In this document: in pieces, positions 11,263 through 22,826 of the stretch | Layout: every line of letters begins with the position of its first letter | Numbering within the stretch: position 1 is the first letter of the stretch | Notes under the pieces: model-generated | Databases searched by the model: none | What the model was told of the DNA's origin: nothing | The model's input: the letters and a program-made list of their open reading frames with translations, nothing else | Virus record (IMG/VR): IMGVR_UViG_2630968317_000001 | Location: 1 to 64,000 of that record | Reading direction: 5' to 3' (one strand) | Length of the DNA stretch: 64,000 nucleotides | Source: a virus | Lineage: Duplodnaviria; Caudoviricetes | Program-made: the position numbers and the translations under genes

Positions 11263-11325
11263 GAAAAGTGGAGGAAATCAGCTAATTAATTAGCAAATTA
11301 AAAACTGAATATGCTATAATGCAGT

Positions 11326-11560
11326 TGTAATACAGCCGTCTTGAAGCCGTCTAAATTTCGGTCTGGCAATGTCTTGTATTCGATTCATTAAAATATGTTT
11401 ACATGCAAAGCCATTTGCATACAATAAAAAAAGCCAGGATGCTCTAACATCCCGGCAATGTACAATGAGGCCCTCAAAGGGGCTGGCTAATCAATTTAGA
11501 TAGTTTTTAGGATAGACTTCCCTTTAACCGTCCAAAGCTCAAGGGGAGTCTATTTTTTGT
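11326..11560 (+). ncRNA. Putative cis-antisense antitoxin RNA (SR5/as-bsrH-like); 5' end approximate
   Basis: TGcTATAAT at 11312-11320; terminator TAGACTTCCCTT..AAGGGGAGTCTA+TTTTTT overlapping the toxin stop. Confidence 0.6.
11426..11457 (-). terminator. Toxin mRNA terminator
   Basis: GCCAGGATG/CATCCCGGC stem preceded by an A run on the + strand. Confidence 0.7.
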
Positions 11561-11639
11561 TTATATACGTCAACAAAGTAAGGATAAACATCCCGAATAA
11601 AAACATGAGGGAAATCGCTTCAAATGTTGACATATGCAT
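11550..11639 (-). CDS. Type I toxin, BsrE/BsrH-like (holin-like toxin family), MHMSTFEAISLMFLFGMFILTLLTYINKK
   Basis: Close to BsrE/BsrH (MSTFQALMLMLAFGSFIIALLTYIKKK, recalled); RBS GGAAGGGGGTG. Confidence 0.85.
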   Translation of the reverse strand: MHMSTFEAISLMFLFGMFILTLLTYINKK

Positions 11640-11791
11640 CACCCCCTTCCTATCGGGGATGAGCCAGACGCCCTTGAGCAAGCCATTCAATTGTACAATT
11701 AAAATTATACATGAAAAGATTGGAAAGCACATTCAAAAAATGGATGTGCTTTTTTGCATTCAAAAAAACATAACAAAGGGAGTTTTTAAAC

Positions 11792-12232
11792 ATGAGTGAA
11801 AAACAAACATTTGATCTTTCATTTTTTATGCCAGGACAAACAGTAGAAGCGGAAGAAGTCAAAGTACCGATTTCTAAGCGTTTTGTTGATAAAAAAGGGA
11901 ATGTCATTCCTTTTGTCTTTAAAGCTATTACAACTGAACGTATTGATGAACTGGAAAAAGAAAACACAACCTTCAAAAATATCAAAGGCAGAGGACGTGT
12001 GAAAGACTTAGACAGCCAGCGCTTCTACGCACGTATTGCAATTGAATCGACGATTTACCCAGATTTCCGTTCAAAGGAATTAAGAGAAGCCTACAGCACA
12101 CAAGATCCAGTTGAAGTAGCAAAACGTGTCCTGTCAGTCGGCGGTGAATATGCGAACTGGTTAAACAAAGCAATCGAAATCAACGGATTCGAAGATGAAA
12201 TTGAAGATTTAGAAGAAGCAGCAAAAAACTAA
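11792..12232 (+). CDS. xkdN: Tail assembly chaperone
   Basis: FDLSFFMPG..GGEYANWLNKAIEINGF. Confidence 0.9.
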   Translation: MSEKQTFDLSFFMPGQTVEAEEVKVPISKRFVDKKGNVIPFVFKAITTERIDELEKENTTFKNIKGRGRVKDLDSQRFYARIAIESTIYPDFRSKELREAYSTQDPVEVAKRVLSVGGEYANWLNKAIEINGFEDEIEDLEEAAKN

Positions 12233-12411
12233 TAAAAGATGGGGATAAAGAAGCCGTGTTTTTATATTACGCGATGCACGAGCTTCACTACTCCCCATCT
12301 GAACTCCTTGATTTATACGAATCACCAAGACCATTCAAAGCATTCCTTTTCGGACTGATCAGCTACAAACTAGACATGTTAGAAAAAGAAGCAAAGAAAG
12401 GAGGTAAGTAA
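12223..12411 (+). CDS. -1 frameshift extension of the tail chaperone (G-T type, XkzB-like)
   Basis: Slippery A AAA AAC at 12223-12229 before the stop; -1 frame open as LIKDGDKEAVFLYYAMHELHYSPSELL.. to TAA 12411. Confidence 0.75.
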   Translation, partial: KKLIKDGDKEAVFLYYAMHELHYSPSELLDLYESPRPFKAFLFGLISYKLDMLEKEAKKGGK

Positions 12412-15400
12412 ATGGCGAAACTTACAGCGCGATTTGAATTAGAAGACCGGGTGTCGAAAAAGCTATTACGCATTCAAAAACGGTTTCAAACATTTGAGAA
12501 GCAGCTCAAACCATTTAGAAAACCAGTGAAAATAAGCCTAGAAATGGATGAAAAGAAGCTTAGAAATCTCACCTTATCGCTCCGGAAAATTTCAGCTGTT
12601 TCCATGACGCTGGATCAGGGAATTTATCGTGATCTAAAATTATTGAAAAATCAGTTAAATATGTTACCGAATCATATGGTCATATCCATTCAAGCAAAGG
12701 GACTGGATGTCATTAAAACCAGCATAGATCGTTTGAGACAAGTGGGGACAAGTCCCATTATGATGACGTTTAAATTGAACGATCAATTATCAGGTAAAAT
12801 ATCATCAATCAAAAAATCAATCCTTCAGCTCATCAACAGAACGTACTATATGAGATTAAACATGGTTGACCAAGCCACCGCTGCAATTCAACGAATCAAA
12901 AAGACACTCAAAAGCTTGACGATGTCCAAACACGAAATCAGAGTGTCTGTTCAAGACAATGCAAAAAGTAAGTTGAAAAAACGAGATCAGGCAGAGTCTG
13001 TTGTGAAAGAAAAGAAAGTAAAAAAGCAACATAATGAAACAGCTGCTACAAAAACGAATGAAAACAAACAGAGCTGGTTGGGAAATTTGAAAAACAAAGC
13101 AATAAAAGAAATTGAAAAATATGCAGGTGACGTTACCGATAAACTGAAGGAAAAATTGAGTCCTAGAAAATTTTGGGATGAGAAGGCGCTACCTTGGATT
13201 GAAACAAAAATCGACGAATACAAGCAAGAAGTGATCGGACGAATTAGTGAGAAGATTAAAATCAATCCTGAGGAGTATTTAGATAAATGGGTTAACAAAG
13301 GATTAGATTGGGTCCTTGGTCCAAAAAATCAAACGAATGACTCGGGTGGATCTAATGATAATGCTTCATCATCAGGGCAACCGGGTAACCAGAACTCAGA
13401 CCAAACGCAAAATGAAAAAGGTCTATTTAGAGTAAGCTGCTGTTCTTGCTGTGCAAAAGGTTTAAATCCAACGGGAACTGCCCGAACAGATAATAGAAAT
13501 GGACCCAAAAACCAACCGAATAATCCAACAGGAACTTCAAGGGTGGAAAAGAATAGAAAGCCTCCAACTAAATTAGGTGGTCTAACCAAAAAAATTCCAG
13601 GTGTTATGGCTATCGCCGGACTCGCTGGGATGTTCAAAGATACCGATAAGCTAAAAGGCTTAGGAGATACATTTAAAAATTTAGGTAAAGGAGCAGGTAA
13701 GCTATTAAAAAAAGTACCCATACTTGGGCCTTTGCTTAGTGCAACAGAATTAATCGGCACAACAAAAGAAAATGTAGGCGAAAAAGTAGGAGGATTCGGT
13801 GGGGGCGTCGCTGGTGGTATGGGTGGTGCCGCGATAGGAACAATGATTGCACCAGGTATTGGCACAGCAATTGGTGGAATCTTAGGTAGTATTTTAGGCG
13901 AAAGCTTAGGGAAATGGATCGGTAAAATGTTTGATGATGGAACCTTGAAGAAAAAATGGGATGACATTGTCAAAGGTGCTGAAAATGCAGTTAAGTGGAT
14001 TAAAGATATCTGGAACAAAGTTTCGAGCTGGATCAATAATAATGTTTTAATTCCTATTACATCGTTCTTCGGTGAGACATGGAATTGGATCACTGAAAAA
14101 TGGGGACAGCTTTCTTCTTGGTTCATGGAAAAAGTTTGGCTGCCTATTTATAATTTTTCAGTCCCGATTATCAATTTTGTAGTTGGTGTATTTGATGTTG
14201 CTTGGACAATTATCAAAAATATTTGGGCAGTAGCATCTAAATGGTTCATGGATTATGTTTGGGAACCATTTGGCCAATATGCAGTAGAAGCAATTGGCTG
14301 GGTATGGAATAAACTTGTTGACACATGGAATTGGATTCAGGAAACATGGGGTGTATTCTCTGAATGGTTTTTAACAAATGTTTGGGACCCATTCGGTCAA
14401 TATGCGATAGAAGCAATTGGCTGGGTATGGAATAAATTTGTTGAAACGTGGAACTGGATTCAGGAGACATGGGGTGTTTTTTCTGAGTGGTTTAATGAAT
14501 ACGTTTGGACGCCCTTTAAAACATATGCAATACCTGCAATTATGTTTATATGGAATCTGTTTCAAAATACATGGAACTGGATTCAAGAGAAATGGGGGGC
14601 ATTCTCTGAGTGGTTTAATGAATACGTTTGGACGCCGTTTAAGACATATGCCCTGCCAGCCATTACATTTGTGTGGAAGTTGTTTCAAAATACATGGAAC
14701 TGGATTAAAACTACCTGGGAGAAAGTTTCAACTTGGTTTGATGAAAATGTATGGCAACCCTATCAAAAATATGCCAAGCCAGCAATTGAATTCGTTTGGG
14801 AAAAATTTAATGAAGCATGGGAAACGATCAAGGGTATCTGGAAAAAAGTGAGTTCATGGTTCCAAGAGAAAGTATTTAATCCTTTGAAAAAGCATGCTGA
14901 TACTTTAAAGAAAACATGGGAAGGTATCTTTGGAGTTGTAGGAAATGTATTTGATACGGCTAAAAATATTGGTGGGAATCTTCTTAATATCTTTATTAAA
15001 AAAGGTGAAGAAAAAACAGGTTTGAAATCGTCTGAGAAAGCAGCAAATAACGCCACAGGCGGCTATATCACCCAGCCAACCTTATCATGGGTAGGTGAAG
15101 CAGGTAACGAATTTGTTATTCCAACTCAAAATAACCGAGGACGCGGAAAGATGCTGCTGGCACAGGCCGCTTCTCAACTTGGAATGTCTGTTGTACCGAG
15201 CGGAGCGGCAGGAAATTCAGTGTCAAGCTCCCCAGCTCCTACAGCAGTAGCTGCATCATCTTCTGTCGGTTCAATAGACGGATCGGTCTCGATGACTGGG
15301 GACATTCAGGCCTCTAGCATTGGTGAGCAATTTAATGACGATTTTGAACAAGGGTTAAATCGTAAAGTAATCTCCCTTGATCAATGGAAACAAAAGAATA

Positions 15401-16683
15401 TTCAGCAGCCTTTTGGTCAATTGACATCAGACTCAGGAAAGTATGGTCAACAAACGGTTTCAGCCTTTGCAAATGGTCAGCAGATGACACCAACAGGTAC
15501 AGCCAGCTTCTTGCAAAGTCGTGTAAAAACACCATACCAACAAGTCATGACCGCATCACCAACTTGGGGTTCTGGAACGGTTAGTGGTTTTGCAGCAGGC
15601 CAAAATGCCACATCAATTGGCACGAGCCAATACGTAGATCAACACATCAAACAACCATTCCTGCAAGCAAAACAAGAATCACCAGGCTGGGGATCTGGAA
15701 TGATTGACGCCTTTAACAGCGGTATGCGTTCCAAAGGAAGCGAAGTCACGCAAGCGGCCAAAGAAATGGCGAAGAAAGTAGAACAGGCGTTTAGAGAGGA
15801 ATTAGACATTCATTCCCCTTCACGCGTCATGATGAGTCTTGGGAAATTTGCATCAATTGGTGTCGTCAAAGGGCTCGACTCAGTTGATGTGAAAAAGTTT
15901 GCTGAAAATCAGGCTGGTTCATTAATCGGTGCCTTCAGCGGTATGGGAGCTTCAGGGCTTAATATTAAACAATGGCTCATGGCGGCCATCATGGCAACTG
16001 GCACATCTATGAGCTGGCTTCCAGGTCTGATGACCATCGCGCAGCATGAGTCACGTGGAAATCCGAGAGCGATCAACTTATGGGATTCCAACGCCAAAAA
16101 GGGAACACCTTCTAAAGGCTTAATGCAAACCATTGGAACGACGTTTAACGCCAATAAAGGCAAGGGCATGAATGACATTTGGAACCCAATTCATAATGCC
16201 GTAGCAGCCATTAACTACATTAAGGGCAGATATGGAACAGTCTTCAATACGCCGGGATTACGAAGTATGAGAAGAGGCGGTCCTTATAAAGGTTACGCAA
16301 ATGGTGGATTGATTACTCAAGAGCAAGTGGCTAGAGTCGGTGAAGGAAACAAACGTGAATGGATTATTCCCGAGGAAAGAGGCATTCGCGGAAGGTATTT
16401 ATTGACGCAGGCAGCTAAGGCACTTGGGATGCAAGTATATGATCCATCAAATGCATCTGCTCCTTTACCAGAAGCACAGATGCAGCAAGTCACCTCAGCT
16501 CAGTCTACTGGCAGTACAACATCGTCAGGTAATAAACAAATCACGATTCAATTCAATGGAGATCAGCATTTCCATAATGGACAAGATCAGCAATCGCTAG
16601 TCGAAAAAATTAAACAAATGCTTGTAGATGAACTGGAAATAGAGCTTCATACAGGAACGAAGGGGGTCGTGATCGATGGGTAA
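12412..16683 (+). CDS. xkdO: Tape measure protein with lytic transglycosylase domain
   Basis: [18 protein letters not shown]; Trp-rich 40-aa repeats; SLT motif [21 protein letters not shown]. Confidence 0.93.
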   Translation: MAKLTARFELEDRVSKKLLRIQKRFQTFEKQLKPFRKPVKISLEMDEKKLRNLTLSLRKISAVSMTLDQGIYRDLKLLKNQLNMLPNHMVISIQAKGLDVIKTSIDRLRQVGTSPIMMTFKLNDQLSGKISSIKKSILQLINRTYYMRLNMVDQATAAIQRIKKTLKSLTMSKHEIRVSVQDNAKSKLKKRDQAESVVKEKKVKKQHNETAATKTNENKQSWLGNLKNKAIKEIEKYAGDVTDKLKEKLSPRKFWDEKALPWIETKIDEYKQEVIGRISEKIKINPEEYLDKWVNKGLDWVLGPKNQTNDSGGSNDNASSSGQPGNQNSDQTQNEKGLFRVSCCSCCAKGLNPTGTARTDNRNGPKNQPNNPTGTSRVEKNRKPPTKLGGLTKKIPGVMAIAGLAGMFKDTDKLKGLGDTFKNLGKGAGKLLKKVPILGPLLSATELIGTTKENVGEKVGGFGGGVAGGMGGAAIGTMIAPGIGTAIGGILGSILGESLGKWIGKMFDDGTLKKKWDDIVKGAENAVKWIKDIWNKVSSWINNNVLIPITSFFGETWNWITEKWGQLSSWFMEKVWLPIYNFSVPIINFVVGVFDVAWTIIKNIWAVASKWFMDYVWEPFGQYAVEAIGWVWNKLVDTWNWIQETWGVFSEWFLTNVWDPFGQYAIEAIGWVWNKFVETWNWIQETWGVFSEWFNEYVWTPFKTYAIPAIMFIWNLFQNTWNWIQEKWGAFSEWFNEYVWTPFKTYALPAITFVWKLFQNTWNWIKTTWEKVSTWFDENVWQPYQKYAKPAIEFVWEKFNEAWETIKGIWKKVSSWFQEKVFNPLKKHADTLKKTWEGIFGVVGNVFDTAKNIGGNLLNIFIKKGEEKTGLKSSEKAANNATGGYITQPTLSWVGEAGNEFVIPTQNNRGRGKMLLAQAASQLGMSVVPSGAAGNSVSSSPAPTAVAASSSVGSIDGSVSMTGDIQASSIGEQFNDDFEQGLNRKVISLDQWKQKNIQQPFGQLTSDSGKYGQQTVSAFANGQQMTPTGTASFLQSRVKTPYQQVMTASPTWGSGTVSGFAAGQNATSIGTSQYVDQHIKQPFLQAKQESPGWGSGMIDAFNSGMRSKGSEVTQAAKEMAKKVEQAFREELDIHSPSRVMMSLGKFASIGVVKGLDSVDVKKFAENQAGSLIGAFSGMGASGLNIKQWLMAAIMATGTSMSWLPGLMTIAQHESRGNPRAINLWDSNAKKGTPSKGLMQTIGTTFNANKGKGMNDIWNPIHNAVAAINYIKGRYGTVFNTPGLRSMRRGGPYKGYANGGLITQEQVARVGEGNKREWIIPEERGIRGRYLLTQAAKALGMQVYDPSNASAPLPEAQMQQVTSAQSTGSTTSSGNKQITIQFNGDQHFHNGQDQQSLVEKIKQMLVDELEIELHTGTKGVVIDG
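14250..14830 (+). repeat. About five 120-bp (40-aa) tandem repeats within the tape measure
   Basis: [19 protein letters not shown] recurring at 120-bp period. Confidence 0.85.
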
Positions 16684-17344
16684 ATCAGTGTATCAATTGT
16701 GGATTTCCCAAGGAAAGGACAAGTTGCGATTCCCTGTTCTTCCATCCGAACTCGAAATCACAAATAACGTACAAAATGAAACGGTAAAGGTCGCCTCTTT
16801 TGGAGAACTGACCTTTATTGACGTACCATCGGCGAAACAAGTATCATTCACTTCATTATTTCCTAAGAAATATTCGCCGATTGCTGAATATAAAAGCATT
16901 CCATCACCAGAGAATGCAATCGCGAAAATTGAACGAATGATGCGTTCAAAGAAATCCGTGCGGTTGATTGTAACTGGGACAAAAATCAATATGACGTGCA
17001 GCATTGAAAGCTTCACCCACAAGGAAGGGTCATATGATATTGGAGATCGTGAATTTACGATCGAGTTAAAAGAATATAAAACCGCATCGCCTAGGAAAAT
17101 CAAACGAAAGAAAAAAGCAAAACAAACGAAAAAGAAACGGCCTTCAAAAACACCACCAAAAATGTACACCGTCAAAAAAGGGGATACGCTATGGGCCATT
17201 TCTGGCAGGTTTTATGGCGACAGTACAAAATGGCGGCGTATTTGGAATGCCAATAAATTAGCGATGATTAAACGTAGCAGACGTAATATTAAGCAGCCGG
17301 GGCATTGGATTTTCCCTGGACAAAGGTTAAAAATACCACAATAG
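16676..17344 (+). CDS. xkdP: LysM tail tube initiator
   Basis: [29 protein letters not shown]. Confidence 0.92.
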   Translation: MGKSVYQLWISQGKDKLRFPVLPSELEITNNVQNETVKVASFGELTFIDVPSAKQVSFTSLFPKKYSPIAEYKSIPSPENAIAKIERMMRSKKSVRLIVTGTKINMTCSIESFTHKEGSYDIGDREFTIELKEYKTASPRKIKRKKKAKQTKKKRPSKTPPKMYTVKKGDTLWAISGRFYGDSTKWRRIWNANKLAMIKRSRRNIKQPGHWIFPGQRLKIPQ

Positions 17345-17355
17345 GGGGGCTGGCA

Positions 17356-18366
17356 TTGATCGAGCTTTTTGCCATCAGAAGCGGCACCATGTATGAGCTT
17401 GTCACAGAGAGTGTGACACTTCAGGGGCAAAGGTATCAAGCCCCTCGCTCAATTCAGGCAAATATTATCACAAAGCAAGGCAGTCAAACTTATTACCGTG
17501 TCTCGGAAGGGGACACGGTTCTTTTTAAATGGAAAGGAAAAGAGCTTTTTAGAGGCATCGTTTTTTCCCGGACACCTGTTGAAGGGAAGATGACCTTTAC
17601 CGCATACGATATGCTTCAATATTTGGTGAAAAACCAAGATGTCTATGTTTTTTCAAATCAAAGAGCAGATCAAATCTTAAGGCGGATTGGAGCTGACTTT
17701 CAAATTCCAATGACCTCCATCGCCAATACAGGACATGTCATCAAATCACTAGTCTTTAAAAATGATACGAGCCTGTATGACATGATATTGAAAGCATTAA
17801 AAGAAACGAAGCGGCAGACGGGAAGAAACTATCAAATCTATTCTGCTAAAGGCAAGATGGGGCTGAGAGCCTGGCCTGATCCAGAGGACGTATGGGTCAT
17901 TGAATCAGGCATCAATCTCATCAGCTATCAATACAGCACCTCGATTGAAGAGACAGCCACTCGTGTTAAGATGCGTACGTCTGCTGATGAACAGGGAAAG
18001 AATAAGAAAAAAGGCAGTAAATCCGAGATTGTGGTGATTGAACAGGATAAAGCCGGTCAGAATAAATATGGTATTTTACAGCATGTTGAGACAGTCACGG
18101 GGCAAATCAACCAGCCGCAGCTGCAAAAAAGAGCCAAAGTACGGCTGGCAGAGAAAAAAGGCGTCAAACAAGAAGTCAAAAGCATCCAAGCGCTAGGAAT
18201 TCCTGAGCTGCAAAGCGGTCTCCCAATCTATTTGAAAATTCCCGAAATCAACGTAAAAAAAACTTACTGGATCGATCAAGACAAACATGAATTTAGTGGG
18301 GTGAAACACACCATGACCATTGATGTTGTTGAGAAAAATTCAATGCCAAAGGGTGATCAAGCGTGA
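17356..18366 (+). CDS. xkdQ: Baseplate hub
   Basis: TTG start after GGGGGG; AYDMLQYLVKNQDVYVF. Confidence 0.9.
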   Translation: MIELFAIRSGTMYELVTESVTLQGQRYQAPRSIQANIITKQGSQTYYRVSEGDTVLFKWKGKELFRGIVFSRTPVEGKMTFTAYDMLQYLVKNQDVYVFSNQRADQILRRIGADFQIPMTSIANTGHVIKSLVFKNDTSLYDMILKALKETKRQTGRNYQIYSAKGKMGLRAWPDPEDVWVIESGINLISYQYSTSIEETATRVKMRTSADEQGKNKKKGSKSEIVVIEQDKAGQNKYGILQHVETVTGQINQPQLQKRAKVRLAEKKGVKQEVKSIQALGIPELQSGLPIYLKIPEINVKKTYWIDQDKHEFSGVKHTMTIDVVEKNSMPKGDQA

Positions 18367-18629
18367 GATTAAGTGAAGCAATTAAACGATTGGCAGTGAA
18401 TGCAGTAGACGCAGAATCTCCAATCGATCTTGTCATTGGAGAAGTCACGGCAGTTTCCCCGCTGAGCATCCGATTAAATGAGAATCGTAAGCTGACCATT
18501 CCAGAAGAATTACTGATTTGGCCGAAGCGCTTAAATAAGGGTGAGGATGATGAGCTGAAAAGAGGAGACAGTATTATGGTGCTTGCAATGGCAGGAGGGC
18601 AGTCCTTTTACATCATCGACAAATTGTAA
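18363..18629 (+). CDS. xkdR: Baseplate spike-like DUF2577 protein
   Basis: [27 protein letters not shown]. Confidence 0.88.
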   Translation: MRLSEAIKRLAVNAVDAESPIDLVIGEVTAVSPLSIRLNENRKLTIPEELLIWPKRLNKGEDDELKRGDSIMVLAMAGGQSFYIIDKL

Positions 18630-18643
18630 GGGAGGTGATGAAC

Positions 18644-19066
18644 GTGGCACTTTCACCAGAGGAAGAAATCGAGGAAATAGAAGAAGACGAAGAGGTCGAA
18701 ACCTCGACGACGTATCGAATAGATTTTGAAACTGGCAGACTGACAGGCGAAACCATTTCAGGTATTGAAGCAATCCGGCAATTTATTTATATGACACTTA
18801 GGACAGAGCGGTACGCACATCCTATCTACAGCCACGACATTGGAACAGAAATTCAGGAGCTGTTGACGGATACAGAAGCTACGGATGAATACAAAGAGAT
18901 GGAGATTCCAAGGCTGCTAGAGGAGGCACTGCTCGTTGACGAGCGGATTGATCATATTGAAGAGTTAGAGGTCACAAAGCAAAATGAATCGTTTCATGTC
19001 AAATTAGCTATTGTCACAGATGAGGGAACAATAGAAATAGAGGAGGTGATGGAGGGCGATGTTTGA
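18644..19066 (+). CDS. xkdS: Baseplate wedge, gp25-like (DUF2634)
   Basis: [22 protein letters not shown]. Confidence 0.9.
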   Translation: MALSPEEEIEEIEEDEEVETSTTYRIDFETGRLTGETISGIEAIRQFIYMTLRTERYAHPIYSHDIGTEIQELLTDTEATDEYKEMEIPRLLEEALLVDERIDHIEELEVTKQNESFHVKLAIVTDEGTIEIEEVMEGDV

Positions 19067-20108
19067 GGAACAGACGTACGAAGCATTAATGGAAAGAATG
19101 CTGGAAAGACTGCCAGATGATATAGATAAAAGAGAAAATAGCGTGATTTGGAATGCCTTGGCACCTGCTGCTGCTGAACTGGCCCAATCCTATATTTGGC
19201 TTGATCAAGTGTTTGAGCTGGTCTTTGCAGATACAGCACAAGGAGAGTTTCTAGATCGGCGGGCTGCTGAAGTAGGAATTGAAAGAAAACCAGCCACTAA
19301 AGCGGTTTGGTCAGCGGCCATTCAGCCAGAGAATATCAATATTCCAGATGGCTCACGTTTTTTTATTGAAGACGTTTATTTCCAGTATTCGAAGGATGGC
19401 ACGCTAGAATGTGAGACACCTGGTAAAGCAGGCAATGTTCAATTAACAGATCAGCCGCTGCTGTCACTTGATACAATTCCAGGACTTGAATCGATTACGA
19501 TGAAAGAACTGGTCATACCTGGTCAAGAGGAGGAAGATGACGCTTCATTATACGATCGATATTTAATACGTGCGAGGCGAGAGGCTGTCAGTGCCAACAG
19601 GGCGCATTATAAAAAATGGGCTGAGGAAGTAGCCGGTGTTGGCAGAGCGAAGGTGTTCCCGCTTTGGAACGGAGAAGGGACGGTCAAAATTGTTATCACA
19701 GATGGCAATCTAGATGTTGCATCAGACCTTCTTGTCAAAAGGGTACAGGAATATATCGACCCAGAGCCAGGTGAAGGAGAAGGACAAGCGCCTATAGGCT
19801 CAAAAGCAACCGTTGAAAGCGCCAAATGGCTGGATATCGACATAGAAGTGGCTGTCGAACTTCAAATGGACTGGACCCTTGAAGGAGCTCAGAAAGAAAT
19901 AGAAGAAAAGGTCAAGACGTTGTTGAAATCAATCGCATTTGAAAAGAGTACCATTCGAATGTCCGCCTTAAATGATATTCTGTATCATTCAGAAAGTGTG
20001 TCAGATTATGCAGATGTGTTATTGAATGGAGAGTCGAAAAACTTAGTATTACAGGACATTGAGATTCCGCGTCTTAGGCAGGTGAAGGTTATTGAGCAAA
20101 CAGGATGA
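19059..20108 (+). CDS. xkdT: Baseplate J-like protein
   Basis: [19 protein letters not shown]; [12 protein letters not shown]. Confidence 0.92.
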   Translation: MFEEQTYEALMERMLERLPDDIDKRENSVIWNALAPAAAELAQSYIWLDQVFELVFADTAQGEFLDRRAAEVGIERKPATKAVWSAAIQPENINIPDGSRFFIEDVYFQYSKDGTLECETPGKAGNVQLTDQPLLSLDTIPGLESITMKELVIPGQEEEDDASLYDRYLIRARREAVSANRAHYKKWAEEVAGVGRAKVFPLWNGEGTVKIVITDGNLDVASDLLVKRVQEYIDPEPGEGEGQAPIGSKATVESAKWLDIDIEVAVELQMDWTLEGAQKEIEEKVKTLLKSIAFEKSTIRMSALNDILYHSESVSDYADVLLNGESKNLVLQDIEIPRLRQVKVIEQTG

Positions 20109-21015
20109 AATGAAAAACTATTTGCCGCCATATTTTACAGAAATTTATGAAGTAGATCACCTGCTCAAGACAGAAGCACCTGAATTTGAGCAATTGGATG
20201 AATCCATTTTCGACTTAACGGATCAGTTCTTTCCTTTAACAGCGACATGGGGATTGAATAGATGGGAAAGAATGCTGAAGGTACAGCGGGAATCAGATGA
20301 TTCAATTGAAGTGCGCAGAGCACGCATACTCAATATGATGTCGAATATTCCGCCAATCACATATCTTTCATTAGAGAAATCAGTGAATCGCTTTCTCAAG
20401 AATCCAAGTGCTGTCATCCGTCTCACAACCAATCGTTATCACTTCGCCTTACGTGTGAATCTAGATGATCTGCAAAACACGAGATATATTGTAGAAATTC
20501 TTGAAACGTTAAAGCCTGCTCACTTGGCTTATACGTTCACTGCTTTTCATCATACTGACGTACATGAAAAAAATGATCATCACGTGAGGCTCACACTGCG
20601 CAGCAGGGTGGGTTTTTTCGATCATATCCCGATTTTACTCAATGGTGAATTTGTCTTAAATGGTACGTTTTATCTCAGTGGAACACGAGGTACAACGGAT
20701 GTGCCTGCTCGTTTTAGACATTCATTAAACATGAGAATGCAGCTTCAACATCAGTCAGAAACAGCACATCGCATGAACTATGTCATGACTGGAGCGGTAC
20801 ATGAAACGAAGCAAGGAACGGCATTGACTTTACGCACAAAAAATCAGCTTCAGCATCAAACCAAAAAGAAGGTGACGTTCCGTCTGCCAGTACATGTCCA
20901 AACTGAGCAGGGTGGAAGCTTACTAATCAAGGATCATTACTGGATTCTTGATGGATCTGTTCCGCTGGATGGATCAAAAATGCTAGCAGCAACTTCTAAA
21001 AAAATAGAGCTATAA
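20092..21015 (+). CDS. xkdU: Baseplate wedge DUF2313 with C-terminal extension
   Basis: TATWGLNRWE, KPAHL; extra domain with LDGSVPLDGS. Confidence 0.85.
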   Translation: MSKQDEMKNYLPPYFTEIYEVDHLLKTEAPEFEQLDESIFDLTDQFFPLTATWGLNRWERMLKVQRESDDSIEVRRARILNMMSNIPPITYLSLEKSVNRFLKNPSAVIRLTTNRYHFALRVNLDDLQNTRYIVEILETLKPAHLAYTFTAFHHTDVHEKNDHHVRLTLRSRVGFFDHIPILLNGEFVLNGTFYLSGTRGTTDVPARFRHSLNMRMQLQHQSETAHRMNYVMTGAVHETKQGTALTLRTKNQLQHQTKKKVTFRLPVHVQTEQGGSLLIKDHYWILDGSVPLDGSKMLAATSKKIEL

Positions 21016-21026
21016 GGAGGATCACA

Positions 21027-21410
21027 ATGGCTGATCAATTAACCGTAACAACACTGTATGCACGACAACAAATGGCAAAGGCAAGAGCAGAAGGAACAAA
21101 ACTCACAAAAGTCGTCAAAATGGCATTTGGAAATGGGGGAACGAAGGATGGAAAACCGATCTCTCTCGACGGTACCGAACAAGCACTCAAAAAGGAACTG
21201 GTCCAAAAAAATATTGATTCATTTACCTTCATGGAGCCAGCAAAAATCCGCTACACCTGCACGATCGCCGAAGGAGAACTGGCAGGAGAAGTCATCAACG
21301 AACTAGCTCTTGTCGACGAAGACGGTAAATTCACCGCCATCCGCACCATGACAGACAAACAAAAAGACGGCGACATCGAATTCGTTTTTGAGATTGATGA
21401 TATTTATTAA
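21027..21410 (+). CDS. Stand-alone tail-collar / fibre anchor protein (DUF3751-like)
   Basis: TTLYARQQMAKARAEG..MAFGNGG..INELALVDEDG. Confidence 0.75.
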   Translation: MADQLTVTTLYARQQMAKARAEGTKLTKVVKMAFGNGGTKDGKPISLDGTEQALKKELVQKNIDSFTFMEPAKIRYTCTIAEGELAGEVINELALVDEDGKFTAIRTMTDKQKDGDIEFVFEIDDIY

Positions 21411-21425
21411 TGGAGGGGAAATGAA

Positions 21426-22298
21426 GTGGACATAAAATCACCTTTACCGTTTGAAACCTCAGACAAAGCCCATGCCAACTTGTTTAACCAGATGGTCGAC
21501 ACACTTGTAGAGAATGATCATGCACTCAGTAGACAGATAGAAGGAATCACAAATGAAAGTTTGTTCATATTAACAGGTGATCAAGCCATTCAAGATGCAT
21601 CAGTCAGCGGTGAGCAATATCCAAATGGGATTACGTTCATGGCTATAGCGAATGATACCGGATATCCTACAAAATTAGGTTTTGTGAAGAACGAAAAAAT
21701 GAATGAATATCGTTTTGTACAATATTATTATGGCAACGGTAATGAAACAAGTAGTTATTTTACTAGTACTGGTATTTGGTTTAGACAATGGTATATCGCT
21801 TCTGGGTGGACCGAGTGGCACAAAATCTCTGGTTTTCTTCATACGAACATTGGTACAACTGGTAAGCAGTTGCTTAATAATGCTGAGCGACAAAAAATCC
21901 TTTTTAATCGAAAAATTAAAGATAGTCACAATAATTTTGATATAAAAAATAGTCGTTTTATTTGTCCGGAAAATGGAATGTACTTAGTAAACGCTGGAGT
22001 CTATATTGAGACGGTTCAAATGTATGCAAATTTTGAGTTGTCTATCTTTTTAAATGGTAAAAATTATAAAAATATATCTCATTATAGACATCTCCCTGCC
22101 ACACCTTCTGACACAGCAAAGCTTGATATAGGTTTATATGGGGCTGCGAATGTGCCAGCGAATAAAGGAGATTACGTTGAAATCTACATGTATATAGGCT
22201 ATGCGGGAAATTCCGATCGTTATATATCTGATAATTCAGGCTGGTACAACTATTTCGATATTACAGAGTTAGGCGGCCGCAATTTCCCAAGAGTGTAG
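21426..22298 (+). CDS. Tail fibre / receptor-binding protein 1 (C1q/TNF-like C-terminus)
   Basis: Shared N-terminus DKAHANLFN; FICPENGMYLVNAG. Confidence 0.8.
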   Translation: MDIKSPLPFETSDKAHANLFNQMVDTLVENDHALSRQIEGITNESLFILTGDQAIQDASVSGEQYPNGITFMAIANDTGYPTKLGFVKNEKMNEYRFVQYYYGNGNETSSYFTSTGIWFRQWYIASGWTEWHKISGFLHTNIGTTGKQLLNNAERQKILFNRKIKDSHNNFDIKNSRFICPENGMYLVNAGVYIETVQMYANFELSIFLNGKNYKNISHYRHLPATPSDTAKLDIGLYGAANVPANKGDYVEIYMYIGYAGNSDRYISDNSGWYNYFDITELGGRNFPRV

Positions 22299-22308
22299 GA
22301 GGGTTCTG

Positions 22309-22638
22309 ATGATTTTATATGAAGCCATTAAGTATAAATACCCTAATGCGGACCCGCAAAAGGATTTTGAATTAAGGAATGACGGCGACGGTTCGTATAT
22401 AAATGAGTGGCATCTAGATGTGCCAAAGCCAACGGTAGAAGAGTTGAAAAAATGGTGGGAGGAATCTCAAACCAATCCTAGGTATCAACCCCCTCTTCCA
22501 CTAGATTATCTAGCGCAAGAAGTAGCAAAAGAAAAGTTGATGAGGAAACAGCTTGAACACAAATGTGATCTTCTAACAAACGAACTAAAAGCGCTAAAAA
22601 ATGAGATCCTTTTCAGTAAAGGAGAGAGTGAAACATGA
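22309..22638 (+). CDS. xkdW: Fibre assembly chaperone
   Basis: MILYEAIKYKYPNADPQKDFELRNDGDGSYINEWHLDVPKPT. Confidence 0.88.
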   Translation: MILYEAIKYKYPNADPQKDFELRNDGDGSYINEWHLDVPKPTVEELKKWWEESQTNPRYQPPLPLDYLAQEVAKEKLMRKQLEHKCDLLTNELKALKNEILFSKGESET

Positions 22639-22826
22639 ATTATTGGGTAATGGCATTATATTTCCAATGGGTGACACCTGAATTGGTCAAACAAGCAGTT
22701 GAACTAGGTGATTGTTCAATGGAAGATCTCAATGAAGGGTATGAGCAAAGGATGCTCACTTTAGAGCAGATGCAAGAAATAGAACCAAGCCATCAAAACA
22801 AGGGAGTGAAAATTGAATGGATATAA
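22635..22826 (+). CDS. xkdX: XkdX-family protein 1
   Basis: MNYWVMALYFQWVTPELVKQAV. Confidence 0.8.
   Translation: MNYWVMALYFQWVTPELVKQAVELGDCSMEDLNEGYEQRMLTLEQMQEIEPSHQNKGVKIEWI

Noticed and set aside
13329-14126. 265-aa minus-strand ORF, and most other antisense or out-of-frame ORFs in the track
   Set aside because: Shadow frames of well-supported genes, with no RBS or recognisable motifs.
14250-14830. Regular repeats that might be a CRISPR array
   Set aside because: They are in-frame, degenerate 120-bp coding repeats of the tape measure, with no unique spacers.
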